A stretch of 64,000 bases of DNA from Bacteroidales bacterium. GTDB taxonomy: Bacteria > Bacteroidota > Bacteroidia > Bacteroidales > WCHB1-69. Shown here one piece after another: positions 27,373 to 36,885 of this stretch. The notes under the pieces were generated by a model that had not been told where the DNA came from, searched no databases, and saw only the letters and a list, made by a program, of their open reading frames with translations. The stretch spans positions 9,992-73,991 of the forward strand of contig JAGCSI010000034.1 in assembly GCA_017964255.1 (NCBI GenBank), written 5' to 3'. Numbering within the stretch: position 1 is the stretch's first letter; each line of letters starts with the position of its first letter. A program made the position numbers and the translations under genes.

Positions 27373-29088
27373 ATGGATATTCTGACAGTAAATGATTTTT
27401 CTCTGGAATTGAAGCGTGATGAGGAATGGAAACAGATTCTGCATCACGTGACTTTTTCGTTGGGAAAAGGGGAGACTGTCGGTATCGTGGGCGAGTCGGG
27501 TTCTGGCAAGTCGGTGACCGCTTTGTCGGTAATGCAGTTGCTGAATCGGAAAATAGCCAAATTCACGTCGGGAAGCATAGTCTTTCATGACAAAGACAGT
27601 GAAATTAGTATTTTGGACGCATCGGAAACGCAGATGCGGAGTATTCGGGGTGCTCGTATCGCCATGATTTTCCAGGAGCCTATGACCTCCCTCAATCCGG
27701 TCATCAAGTGTGGCGATCAGGTGACGGAGGCGATTTTGCTGCATAACGACATCAGCGAAAAAGAGGCCCGCGAGCAGGTGATTACACTTTTCAAAGAAGT
27801 GATGTTACCTCGTCCGGAAAAAATCTTTGATTCTTATCCTCATGAGTTGTCCGGTGGCCAGAAACAGCGTGTGATGATCGCCATGGCCATGAGCTGTCAT
27901 CCCGATATCCTGATTGCGGATGAGCCTACTACCGCACTGGATGTGACGGTGCAGAAGAATATTCTGGAACTGATACGCAGTCTGCAGCAGAAGCATGGCA
28001 TGAGCGTGATTTTTATCACCCACGATTTGGGTGTGGTGGCCGAAATCGCCGAAAAAGTGGTGGTGCTGTACAAGGGCCAGATTGTGGAGGCGGGACCGAT
28101 ACAAGAGATTTTCAGACATCCTCAACATCCTTATACACAGGGCTTGTTGGCATGTCGTCCGCCTTTGGATGTGCGTTTGAAAAAATTATCCACAGTGGAT
28201 GATTACATGCGCAGTGCGGAAGAGCATAAGGCGGTGCCAAAAGAGATTGTCTCTCCGGAGGAAAGACAAGTTTTCCATCAGCAGTTATATGCTGAGAAAC
28301 CGTTGATATGCATTGAGCATTTGTTCAAGACCTATCCCATTCGAAAACGGAAGTTGTTTGAGAAGCAGGAGTATGTCCATGCAGTGCAAGATATTAGTTT
28401 GGAAGTGTTTGAAGGAGAAACCCTGGGTTTGGTAGGCGAGTCGGGTTGCGGCAAAACCACTTTGGGCAGGTCCATGATCCGCTTGATTGAACCCACTTCA
28501 GGAATCGTAACTTATAAAGGGGAGAATTTGCTGAATTTGTCGGGACGGGAGATGATGAAACACCGCAAAGACCTGCAAATTATTTTGCAAGATCCTTATT
28601 CGTCTTTAAATCAGCGAATTACTATAGGTTCGGCCATCATGGAGCCAATGCAGGTGCATCATTTGTATGCCAATGACAAGGAACGGAAAAAACGGGCGAT
28701 AGAGTTGCTGGAGCGTGTTAGTTTGGACGAGTCGCATTTCTACCGCTATCCGCACGAGTTTTCCGGTGGTCAGCGGCAGCGTATCAGTATTGCCCGTGCC
28801 TTGGCGGTGAACCCTCGCTTCATCATCTGCGATGAGTCAGTTTCCGCGCTGGATGTGTCGGTACAGGCCCAGGTGCTGAATCTGCTTAATGAGTTGAAAC
28901 AGGAATACCATCTGACCTATATCTTCATTTCTCACGACTTGTCGGTGGTGAAGTTCATGTCCGATAGGATGGCGGTCATGCAGAATGGTAGAATAGTGGA
29001 ATTAAATGATGCGGACGAGGTGTATGCCCATCCGCAGACAGATTATACTAAAAAATTAATCGGGGCTATTCCCAAAGGTATTAATTAA
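27373..29088 (+). CDS. ABC transporter ATP-binding protein with duplicated ATPase domains (Dpp/Opp/YejF type)
   Basis: 571 aa from MDILTVNDF. Two Walker A motifs ([16 protein letters not shown]) and two signature motifs ([16 protein letters not shown]). Confidence 0.9.
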   Translation: MDILTVNDFSLELKRDEEWKQILHHVTFSLGKGETVGIVGESGSGKSVTALSVMQLLNRKIAKFTSGSIVFHDKDSEISILDASETQMRSIRGARIAMIFQEPMTSLNPVIKCGDQVTEAILLHNDISEKEAREQVITLFKEVMLPRPEKIFDSYPHELSGGQKQRVMIAMAMSCHPDILIADEPTTALDVTVQKNILELIRSLQQKHGMSVIFITHDLGVVAEIAEKVVVLYKGQIVEAGPIQEIFRHPQHPYTQGLLACRPPLDVRLKKLSTVDDYMRSAEEHKAVPKEIVSPEERQVFHQQLYAEKPLICIEHLFKTYPIRKRKLFEKQEYVHAVQDISLEVFEGETLGLVGESGCGKTTLGRSMIRLIEPTSGIVTYKGENLLNLSGREMMKHRKDLQIILQDPYSSLNQRITIGSAIMEPMQVHHLYANDKERKKRAIELLERVSLDESHFYRYPHEFSGGQRQRISIARALAVNPRFIICDESVSALDVSVQAQVLNLLNELKQEYHLTYIFISHDLSVVKFMSDRMAVMQNGRIVELNDADEVYAHPQTDYTKKLIGAIPKGIN

Positions 29089-29112
29089 GAACTAAGAATT
29101 AAGAGTTAAGAA
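29085..29112. repeat. (TTAAGAA)4 heptamer tract overlapping the ABC stop codon
   Basis: ttaagaa ctaagaa ttaagag ttaagaa. The TAA stop at 29086-29088 lies in unit 1. Confidence 0.8.
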
Positions 29113-29135
29113 CCAAGTATTTAAAATAACAAGAT

Positions 29136-30053
29136 ATGAAAATTAAAGATATTGTTTTGTTGATACTTCGCCTCCTGATTGGCGGCATGTTTGTCACCAC
29201 AGCTATTATGAAGTTATTGACCATTGATGAGTTTGAAGCATATATATACAGTTTCGGCATTTTCAATTTCCTTTTATCCACAGTAGTAGCTCGTTTGGTG
29301 ATAATGGCCGAAATGCTGTTAGGTATTTGTTTGATGGCCAAGTTGTTGTATAAGTACGCATGGTGGTTGACTATGTTGATGCTGGTGGGATTCACCCTTT
29401 TTCTGATTTATGTGGCTATTTTCAGAAATGATACCAATTGCCATTGTTTTGGAGATATTATTCAAGTTGATCCCGCACATTCCATTATCAAAAATGTGGT
29501 GACGATGATTCTGATGTTTTTCATCAGGAAAGAGGAGGATTATCAGTTCAAAGGAAAGAAATGGGCGATAGCTGCTGCTTGCTTGGTGTCGTTTGTGGTG
29601 CCGTTCTGTGTGTTTCCGATGGATGCGGTCTATAACAAGTTTGTGTCTCCTGTGGAGGAGATTAATGAACAGGCTTTCACTACACTTCTGTCAGACAGCA
29701 CGATGGCGGATTTTGACATCCATGAGGGAAATTATGTGGTGGCTGTTTATGCCTCAGGTTGCAAATATTGCAAGATGAGCGCCAAGAGAATGTCAATGAT
29801 GATGGACCAACATGACCTTGATCCCGACAGATTCCAAATATTGATTTGGGGGGATTCTGTTCATATCAAGAGCTTTATGGAGGAAACCAATTGTTCCCAA
29901 TACCGTTGGTATCATATTAGTCCGTATAAGGCTATTGATATGGTATATGGCCAATTTCCCACGTTTATACTCACTCACGACGGCCAGGTCACCAAAGGCA
30001 TGGACTATCGTGGTATCGATGAAAGCATCTTGTTAGAGCATATTTCCAAATAA
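29136..30053 (+). CDS. DoxX/MauE-like membrane domain fused to a thioredoxin-like CxxC domain
   Basis: 305 aa. N-terminal four-TM region with CHCFGD (MauE/DoxX-like). C-terminal soluble region with VYASGCKYCKMS, a CxxC in a thioredoxin-like context. Confidence 0.55.
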   Translation: MKIKDIVLLILRLLIGGMFVTTAIMKLLTIDEFEAYIYSFGIFNFLLSTVVARLVIMAEMLLGICLMAKLLYKYAWWLTMLMLVGFTLFLIYVAIFRNDTNCHCFGDIIQVDPAHSIIKNVVTMILMFFIRKEEDYQFKGKKWAIAAACLVSFVVPFCVFPMDAVYNKFVSPVEEINEQAFTTLLSDSTMADFDIHEGNYVVAVYASGCKYCKMSAKRMSMMMDQHDLDPDRFQILIWGDSVHIKSFMEETNCSQYRWYHISPYKAIDMVYGQFPTFILTHDGQVTKGMDYRGIDESILLEHISK

Positions 30054-30066
30054 AAAGCGCAAAGAC

Positions 30067-30231
30067 TTATTTGCAAGAACGACTGTCGTTGGAGTAATTG
30101 CCGCAGTCTTCGTTGTAAGCTATTTCAATTTCCTGGTCTAAATTAGAACTGGAAATGGAACAGGTGCATGATTTGCTGCAGGCGCAACACATCATCGCCG
30201 CTACACAAACAAAAAACAATATCTTTTTCAT
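30067..30231 (-). CDS. 54-aa Cys-rich small secreted/lipoprotein-like peptide (not in ORF track)
   Basis: Hand translation gives MKKILFFVCVAAMMCCACSKSCTCSISSSNLDQEIEIAYNEDCGNYSNDSRSCK*. The N-terminus is signal-like and runs into a Cys cluster; 8 Cys in total. ATG at 30231-30229, TAA at 30069-30067. Confidence 0.4.
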   Translation of the reverse strand: MKKILFFVCVAAMMCCACSKSCTCSISSSNLDQEIEIAYNEDCGNYSNDSRSCK

Positions 30232-30256
30232 AATCTATAGTAGTAATTAGTTTTGT

Positions 30257-30313
30257 ATTCTGAACTTTGAATTTTGAATTCTCTAAACTCTAATCCCTGT
30301 CCCCTGTAACCTG
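30257..30313. repeat. eight drifting heptamer units ending 1 nt from the stop of the first T9SS paralog
   Basis: attctga actttga attttga attctct aaactct aatccct gtcccct gtaacct, followed by the stop (tca at 30314-30316). Confidence 0.85.
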
Positions 30314-33157
30314 TCATCTCTCCCTGATCACCTGTAGCGTCCCATGATAATTCACCGTCTTCAATTTCCCCTTGTAATAAAAGGTAAAAAAGTAGGTTCC
30401 GTCAGTGACTTTGGACGCGTCGAAAACTTGTTCGCCAATGATAATCCCGTTGCCTCTTTCTCCCGTCATATCTTTGAAAGTGTCGTAGTTTATCGCATGA
30501 TAAACTTGCTTGCCCCAGCGATCATAGATGAATAGCTCGTTATTTCTGTATTTGTCTGGGTCAAAAACGTTCATGGTGGTGTTGAGATTGCCGATAGCGA
30601 ACACATCGTTCACTCCATCGCCATTGGGTGTGATGACGTTCGGGAAGACAAGGTCCGCTTCGAGTGTTACCGTGTGAGCGATGCTGCTGCTACAACCGTC
30701 AGAGGAGGATAGGGATAGCGTGACAACATAATCTCCCCAACTGCTATAATTATGCTCAATGCTGTAGCCCGAAGACTCACTGGAACCATCGCCAAAATCC
30801 CAAAGAATACTCATATTGTCCTCGAAAGACAGGGTGTCGCCCATAACATGAAATGTAATGACACCACCGCTTTCCGCCCAAAGGGAAATTTCTGGCAATG
30901 CTTCAAATTCGGCGACTGGCTGATAGTTCACATTGATTAAGTCAGACTTTAATAGCGAGTCTTGGCAGCCTTCGGGGCTTGTTATCGTGAGTTGTATGCT
31001 GTATATGCCACTTTGCTCGAAAGTGTAGTTGGGGTTTTGTTGCGATGAGGTGAAAACTATCTGTCCATATTCATCCCAACAGGTCCAATAATATTGTAAA
31101 TTTTCCCCTGTGACTACGCTCCTGTCAGTAAAGGTTACAGACAAAGGGGAACATCCACTGGTGTCGCTGACGGAAAAATCTGCCGTCGGTTTGGGTGCCA
31201 CCTGAATCAACACCGTGTCAGCGCCACTGCATACCAAGCCGTCTTCGGAGGTGTTGAATACATTCAGGGAATATTCGCCTGCAGAGGTAAGATAAATATC
31301 TGAGGTGTGCTCGCCAGTGCTCCATAAAAAGGTGGAGTTGTTATCCTGCCAGTTGGAAGTCAACAAGTATAGGTCACCGAAGCAGATAAAACGGTCATCT
31401 CCCAGGTCGGGCTGGGGACTTTGGGTAATGTCGATGTGCATAACGGTGTCATAAAGACAGCCATACTCATCGATTACATTCACCGTGTATGGAATATTGC
31501 CGCTTTGATTGGGCACAATATAGGTGCCGTTAGCTCCCGGACCTGTGATGAAGATGGTGTCCACTGCTACGGCATACGACCAGTTTTGGGGAAGTAGGGA
31601 GGGATCCAAAGCCATTTCCCATTCATGTAGATAACCATTGTCATTAGTCCATACATCCTCGATTTCGATGTACCAGCTGCCGTTCAAGGGACAACCTACC
31701 ATACCTGCGAAACTTTGAAGAGGATGATACACTTGGGTCATATTGGCCACGTCAGTGGAGTCGATTTTGTAGGAAGTAGAGCCATCATCCCAATAGGGGT
31801 TGGGCGTGGAGTGCACATTGCCAGGCTCATAACAATAGCTGTTTGGTGTGCTGGCATATTGATAACCTAATGTCGTGTTGTTCGACCATACATAATTCCA
31901 AGCAATTCCCATAGGATTTTGTGAGGCGTTGCAACTTACCACCTCCTGCAAGCGGTTTGCTACTCCCAAATTGGTCCGGAAGTAGTGGGTGACACCGCCC
32001 CAACCGTCATACTGGTAGTCGGGAACAATCTTGCAGCGACTTCCATTAGGACATACCAGTGAGATACGAATGTCTTCGATGGCAGAGTGCTCTATTTTCA
32101 AGCGCACATACAGAATGTCGTTGGCGCTGGTGATGGTTGCATTGGGCGAAAAAGCCGTGAAATTGACGTATGAACGGTAGTAATAGCCGTAAGGCGGACA
32201 ACTTATGCCGTCGGGGAGAAAAACCGTATCCACGACAGCCAATGAGGTGATTTGTTCACTTCCTACCGGGGTCAGTTGCAAGGAGGATAAATTGTCATAG
32301 CCTACCGACAGGTGCAATTCGTCGCCTGTGCATGCGGGCGCTTGGGCGGCAATCCCTTTGATGGGATTCTTGGAGGTGCGCACACGGAAGGTAATGGGCA
32401 CTAACGATGGGCATTGGCTGACATCAATGGCGCTGATGGCCACGTCATAGCCGCGTCCTGGTGTGAAGTAGTAGTCAATGGTATTCCCACCTGTAATGTC
32501 AAACTCTTCCAAGTCAAAATCCCACTTGAACGAGGTGGTGGCGTCAGACTGATGATAGCTGAAGTCATTGTCGGGATAGTCACAGTGAACCACAAAATGA
32601 ACGGTGTCATAAGGACAGACATCCACATAATAGTAGCTGTCTTCAGGATTCAGATGGGGAATATGGGTGGATTGTAATGAATCCAAGTAAATGTTCACGC
32701 GTTGGCATGGGGCAATGCAGCTGGTATGCAGTTCAAAGCCTTCGCTTACATTGGCGGAATCGGTCTTGAATCTGACGGTGATGGCACCAGTGGCATTTTG
32801 GATGGTGGCTGCATAACGGTAGGTGACAGTAGGATTGTAATTTCCATTGTTGATTTTGTGCAGCAATATTCCGTTGGTATCGGTTCCGTCGTAGAAATAA
32901 AGGGTGTCGTTTTCGTCGATATTCAGGCTTTGGACCTCTACCACGACACAGCCGTTGTTGGGGTCGTTGGAGGTGATGGTCAGTGTCTGGTCGAGATTTG
33001 AAGAGTAGTCTCCACTGGCCCCGCCATTGTCATAGATCAGCAAGTCACAGCCGGCAATGGCCGAACTGGCTCCAAGGTTTATGGTGCCTTGGGCGATAAG
33101 CATGGGTAAGCAGGAGATGAATAGTACAAACAAAAAGAAAGACTTTCTCATAAGCAT
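30314..33157 (-). CDS. T9SS type-B C-terminal sorting domain surface protein, paralog 1 (CUB-like + P-domain-like + PKD repeats + CTD)
   Basis: 947 aa with a signal peptide. N-terminal CUB-like block (CDLLIYDNGG...DTLYFYDG); P-domain-like block (LYVRLKIEHSAIEDIRISLVCPNGS). PKD-like WDFGDGS. C-terminus FPNVITPNGDGVNDVF...IYDRWGKQVY...GTYFFTFYYKG matches the gliding-motility C-terminal (type B) domain. Confidence 0.8.
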   Translation of the reverse strand: MLMRKSFFLFVLFISCLPMLIAQGTINLGASSAIAGCDLLIYDNGGASGDYSSNLDQTLTITSNDPNNGCVVVEVQSLNIDENDTLYFYDGTDTNGILLHKINNGNYNPTVTYRYAATIQNATGAITVRFKTDSANVSEGFELHTSCIAPCQRVNIYLDSLQSTHIPHLNPEDSYYYVDVCPYDTVHFVVHCDYPDNDFSYHQSDATTSFKWDFDLEEFDITGGNTIDYYFTPGRGYDVAISAIDVSQCPSLVPITFRVRTSKNPIKGIAAQAPACTGDELHLSVGYDNLSSLQLTPVGSEQITSLAVVDTVFLPDGISCPPYGYYYRSYVNFTAFSPNATITSANDILYVRLKIEHSAIEDIRISLVCPNGSRCKIVPDYQYDGWGGVTHYFRTNLGVANRLQEVVSCNASQNPMGIAWNYVWSNNTTLGYQYASTPNSYCYEPGNVHSTPNPYWDDGSTSYKIDSTDVANMTQVYHPLQSFAGMVGCPLNGSWYIEIEDVWTNDNGYLHEWEMALDPSLLPQNWSYAVAVDTIFITGPGANGTYIVPNQSGNIPYTVNVIDEYGCLYDTVMHIDITQSPQPDLGDDRFICFGDLYLLTSNWQDNNSTFLWSTGEHTSDIYLTSAGEYSLNVFNTSEDGLVCSGADTVLIQVAPKPTADFSVSDTSGCSPLSVTFTDRSVVTGENLQYYWTCWDEYGQIVFTSSQQNPNYTFEQSGIYSIQLTITSPEGCQDSLLKSDLINVNYQPVAEFEALPEISLWAESGGVITFHVMGDTLSFEDNMSILWDFGDGSSESSGYSIEHNYSSWGDYVVTLSLSSSDGCSSSIAHTVTLEADLVFPNVITPNGDGVNDVFAIGNLNTTMNVFDPDKYRNNELFIYDRWGKQVYHAINYDTFKDMTGERGNGIIIGEQVFDASKVTDGTYFFTFYYKGKLKTVNYHGTLQVIRER

Positions 33158-33216
33158 GATTTTTTGTTTTTGATATCCAATTTGCCTCCGTAAGAATCTC
33201 TATTAAAATCAGTCCA

Positions 33217-33224
33217 CAAAGTTA
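33217..33224 (-). promoter_or_regulatory. Bacteroidota -7 box (TAacTTTG on minus strand) for paralog 1
   Basis: caaagtta lies 60 nt upstream of the ATG at 33157. Confidence 0.5.
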
Positions 33225-33267
33225 CACAAAAATTTTAAACATATTTCTACTTGCAATAATTTATTGT

Positions 33268-33302
33268 AAAAAAAAAGAGTTAAGAAGAATACCTCTTAAC
33301 TC
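33268..33302 (-). terminator. intrinsic terminator after paralog 2
   Basis: On the minus strand: 9-bp stem gagttaaga/tcttaactc with an 8-nt loop, followed by a T9 run (the A-run at 33268-33276 on the plus strand). Confidence 0.7.
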
Positions 33303-33337
33303 TTAATTGTTAATTGTAAACTATTAACTATCAATTG
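33294..33337. repeat. six heptamer units (TCTTAAC-like) abutting the stop of paralog 2
   Basis: tcttaac tcttaat tgttaat tgtaaac tattaac tatcaat, then tg and the stop tta (33338-33340). Unit 1 doubles as the terminator stem arm. Confidence 0.8.
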
Positions 33338-36199
33338 TTAACGGTCTCTGATAATCTGCAGGGTGCCGTGATAGTTGACGGTTTTTAATTTTCCTTTGTA
33401 GTAAAACGTGAAATAATAGGTACCATCGTTCACCTTGGAAGCGTCGAAGACCTGTTCTCCCACTATAATACCATTACCTCTCTCACCGGTCATATCCTTG
33501 AAAGTGTCATAGTTGAGTGCATGATATACTTGTTTGCCCCAGCGGTCGTAAATGGTCAGCTCGTTGTTTCTGTATCTGTCAGGGTCATAGCTGTTCATGG
33601 AGGTGTTGAGGTTGCCGATGGCAAATACGTCGTTCACACCATCCCCATTGGGAGTGATGACATTCGGGAAAATGAGGTCTGCTTCCAGAGTAACTGTATG
33701 GGTGATACTGCTGTTACAGCCTTCGGGGGTGAACATGAACAAGGTTACATCGTAATCGCCCCAGCTGGAAAAGCTGTGTTCGAGGGCATAGCTGGAGGAG
33801 TCGATGCTGCCATCGTCGAAGTCCCAATAAAATCCCATGTCATCTCCGAATGCCAGCGTGTCGCCTTGTACCTGGAAGAAGACGGAGCCATTAGTTTCAG
33901 ACCAAAGCGCTACTTCGGGCAGAGCATCGAATTCAGCCAAGGGTTGGTAATTGATGGTCAGGTAATTGACCTTGGTGATAGAATCCGTACAGCCTTCATC
34001 AGTGGTAACCACTAATTTGACGGTATAGTGGCCTTCATTCTCGAAGCGAAGGTCCGGATTGGCCTTGTCAGAGGTGCTGACAATATTGCCGTTTTCATCA
34101 AAGATAATCCACCGGAAACTCATTCCCATGGTATCATTGGTTACGCTCCTGTTGATAAAGTGGATGTCAAGTGGTGCGCAACCTGCGGTATCCGATGCGG
34201 TAAATTCGGGAACAGGTTTAGGTGATACATATACATTGACGGTATCAGAACCCGTGCAGGTCAAACCATCGTCATTGGTAACGGCCACACGTACTGAATA
34301 ATCACCTGCGGAAGTTAAGAAGATGGTGGGAGTGTGTTCACCGGTATTCCAATAAACGGTACTTTGGGGATTGTCATAATGTGAATCCAATTCATAGAGT
34401 TCTCCGTGGCAGATGGCAATGTCGGGACCCAAGTCGGGATGAGGTCTCTCTACTACTTCAATATGAAGCAGTGTGTCATACACACAACCAAATTCGTCCA
34501 TAATGTGTGCGGTATATTCTACCTGACCACTTTGGTCGGGAATAATGTATGCTCCTTGAGCACCAGGACCGGTAACCCACATGGTGTCAGGGTGAACAGT
34601 ATAATCCCAGTCTTGTGGCAGCAAGGAAGGATCCAGAGCCATTTCCCATTCGGTCAGCCAGCCGTTATCAGCGCCCCAACCGTCAATTACTTTGATAGAC
34701 CAGGTTCCGTTCATCGGACAGCCAATAAGTTGTGAGAAGGGCTGGTCAGGATGATATACTTGGGTCATGTTCACTGTGTTGGTGGAATCTACTCTGCCGT
34801 TAGTTACATTGACAGTTTCATATACATAACCTTGGCCGTTGGCATATTGGTATCCCAGCGCAGTGTTGTTGGACCAGCAGTAGTTCCAAGTCTGACCCAT
34901 TTGGTTTTGGCTGTCGTTGGGGTTGCAACCATTGGAATAGTCGTAGGCTACACCGAAATAGGCACCTGAAGAGACTCCAGAAGTTACTTGCCATCCCCAT
35001 GGGGTCGGAATCTGGGAAGCACAAGTGGTGGCACCGCTGGTTCCGTATTTGTTCATAATTTTGACTGTTTGTCCATTAGGACAGCTCAAGGCAATGTAGA
35101 TATCACCGATAAATGAGTGCTCCAACTGGATACGGACATACAAAATGTCATCGGCACTTTGGATGGTGGCAGAGGGAGCAAAAGCTGTAAAGGTTACAGA
35201 TGAAGTGTATGCACATCCATTACCACAGTCCACACCGTCGGGGAGGAAGATGGTGTCCGTTACCTTCAAAGTGGTCAGCTGTTCACTGAACACAGAGTCC
35301 ACCTGGATGACAGAAAGGTTTGAATAGGTGGAGGAGACTGTGATTTGGTCGCCAGTACACATAGGAGGTAATTGCGATACTTTTCTGATGGGGTTTTGGG
35401 AAGTTCTGATACGGAAGATTTCAGGCATATAGTTGATACAGCCGGCACTATCCACATTGGAGATGGCGATGTCATAACCGCGACCTGTGGTGAAATAGTA
35501 ATCCAAGGTGTTCATACCCACACCTTCTTGTGTTTCAATTCCCAAATCCCAAGTGAATGTTGTGTTTGCATCGTCCTGATGATAGCTGAAGTCGTTGTCC
35601 GGATAGACACCGTGCACTACCATGTGCAAAGTGTCCTTTTCGCACAAATCCACATAGTAGAAGCCGTCGTCAGCCAAATGGGGATAGTGGGATGACAATA
35701 CTGAATCGATTTCCAAACTTACGCGCTGGCAGGGAGCCACACAGTCGGTGTTGATGACGTATCCTGTACCAACACTATCTGATGCATCAGAAACGAATTT
35801 TAAGGTCAATGCGCCTGTGGGATTGGTCACTGTGGCGGTGAAAATGATATTGTTGGCTGTGACACCGTACATTACATCGTTGTTGACGGCACCGATCAAC
35901 AGAGAATCGGCATCAGTGACACCATCATAGATGTACAGTGTGTCAGTGGGATGGATGTCAAAACCCAACATGACAATGCTGATCTGAACACACGCTGCAT
36001 TCGGGTTGCTGGAGTGAATGGTCAGAAGGTCGTTGCGGTTGGGACCATAATTTCCTTGGAGACCACCGTGATCATAAATGACGAAATTACAGCCTGTTAC
36101 ATCTGTGGTACTACCGCCCATGGTGACTACAGTCTGCGCTGAAACAGTACCTATAATCCCGCAAATAATAAAAGCGAGGAGAGTTAAAATTCTTTTCAT
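33338..36199 (-). CDS. T9SS type-B C-terminal sorting domain surface protein, paralog 2
   Basis: 953 aa with the same architecture as paralog 1. The C-terminal ~115 aa are nearly identical in all three paralogs, and the protein is collinear with paralog 3 over its whole length. Confidence 0.8.
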   Translation of the reverse strand: MKRILTLLAFIICGIIGTVSAQTVVTMGGSTTDVTGCNFVIYDHGGLQGNYGPNRNDLLTIHSSNPNAACVQISIVMLGFDIHPTDTLYIYDGVTDADSLLIGAVNNDVMYGVTANNIIFTATVTNPTGALTLKFVSDASDSVGTGYVINTDCVAPCQRVSLEIDSVLSSHYPHLADDGFYYVDLCEKDTLHMVVHGVYPDNDFSYHQDDANTTFTWDLGIETQEGVGMNTLDYYFTTGRGYDIAISNVDSAGCINYMPEIFRIRTSQNPIRKVSQLPPMCTGDQITVSSTYSNLSVIQVDSVFSEQLTTLKVTDTIFLPDGVDCGNGCAYTSSVTFTAFAPSATIQSADDILYVRIQLEHSFIGDIYIALSCPNGQTVKIMNKYGTSGATTCASQIPTPWGWQVTSGVSSGAYFGVAYDYSNGCNPNDSQNQMGQTWNYCWSNNTALGYQYANGQGYVYETVNVTNGRVDSTNTVNMTQVYHPDQPFSQLIGCPMNGTWSIKVIDGWGADNGWLTEWEMALDPSLLPQDWDYTVHPDTMWVTGPGAQGAYIIPDQSGQVEYTAHIMDEFGCVYDTLLHIEVVERPHPDLGPDIAICHGELYELDSHYDNPQSTVYWNTGEHTPTIFLTSAGDYSVRVAVTNDDGLTCTGSDTVNVYVSPKPVPEFTASDTAGCAPLDIHFINRSVTNDTMGMSFRWIIFDENGNIVSTSDKANPDLRFENEGHYTVKLVVTTDEGCTDSITKVNYLTINYQPLAEFDALPEVALWSETNGSVFFQVQGDTLAFGDDMGFYWDFDDGSIDSSSYALEHSFSSWGDYDVTLFMFTPEGCNSSITHTVTLEADLIFPNVITPNGDGVNDVFAIGNLNTSMNSYDPDRYRNNELTIYDRWGKQVYHALNYDTFKDMTGERGNGIIVGEQVFDASKVNDGTYYFTFYYKGKLKTVNYHGTLQIIRDR

Positions 36200-36235
36200 T
36201 GTTGTATGTTTTTATTTTTGTTGATTTTCTATGGA

Positions 36236-36688
36236 TTACAAGCCGTATTCTGATAAAACAGCGCGTTTCTGTTCCTCAAACCATTGCTTGGAGTTGACAA
36301 TGATATAGGCGCCAGTATTGCCCATGGGATAGACCACTGTCATAAAGGCATGTTGCTCCAAGTCAAAGTCATAGCGATTGATGGCTCCGCTGCTGATAAT
36401 ATCCTGGTAATTGCAGCTTTTGCCAGCTTTGACATGGTTCTTCAAGTCGTCTTTCATGATGAAAGTGCCTTCTGGTTCCGACATTTTCAAAGCCACATAG
36501 CAGAAATAATTCAGATTGACATGCTCAATCAATAATTGTTTCGGATTATTGGCTTTCAAATCGTTAACTTTGGCAGCTCCTAATATCTCTGTGAGGCGAG
36601 GATCAACCTTAATTTCTTTCTTGCTTTGCTGTGAATAGGCTCCAAATAGAAGGAAATAAGCCATCGCAAATAAAATCAGTTTTTTCAT
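36236..36688 (-). CDS. 150-aa secreted hypothetical protein, likely co-transcribed with paralog 2
   Basis: Signal peptide MKKLILFAMAYFLLFGAYSQQ. Its stop is 36 nt upstream of the paralog 2 start, with no promoter box between them. No recognisable family. Confidence 0.6.
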   Translation of the reverse strand: MKKLILFAMAYFLLFGAYSQQSKKEIKVDPRLTEILGAAKVNDLKANNPKQLLIEHVNLNYFCYVALKMSEPEGTFIMKDDLKNHVKAGKSCNYQDIISSGAINRYDFDLEQHAFMTVVYPMGNTGAYIIVNSKQWFEEQKRAVLSEYGL

Positions 36689-36809
36689 AACTATCTAATT
36701 TTTAATATGTTATCATTTTTACATTTCCCTTTTTGCTGTTTTTCTCTAACTACATGACGCTTTAAACCTTCAAAACGTTACAACAAAATGAAATTTTTTT
36801 TCTAATCGG

Positions 36810-36817
36810 CAAAGATA
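36810..36817 (-). promoter_or_regulatory. Bacteroidota -7 box (TAtcTTTG on minus strand) for the 150-aa gene/paralog 2 unit
   Basis: caaagata lies about 120 nt upstream of the ATG at 36688, implying a leader of roughly 110 nt that contains the conserved block at 36752-36796. Confidence 0.45.
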
Positions 36818-36885
36818 CAAAATATTTAATATAAATATACTTTAGATGAAAAAATAGATGCCTTTATATGGATATTTTTCTGTTT

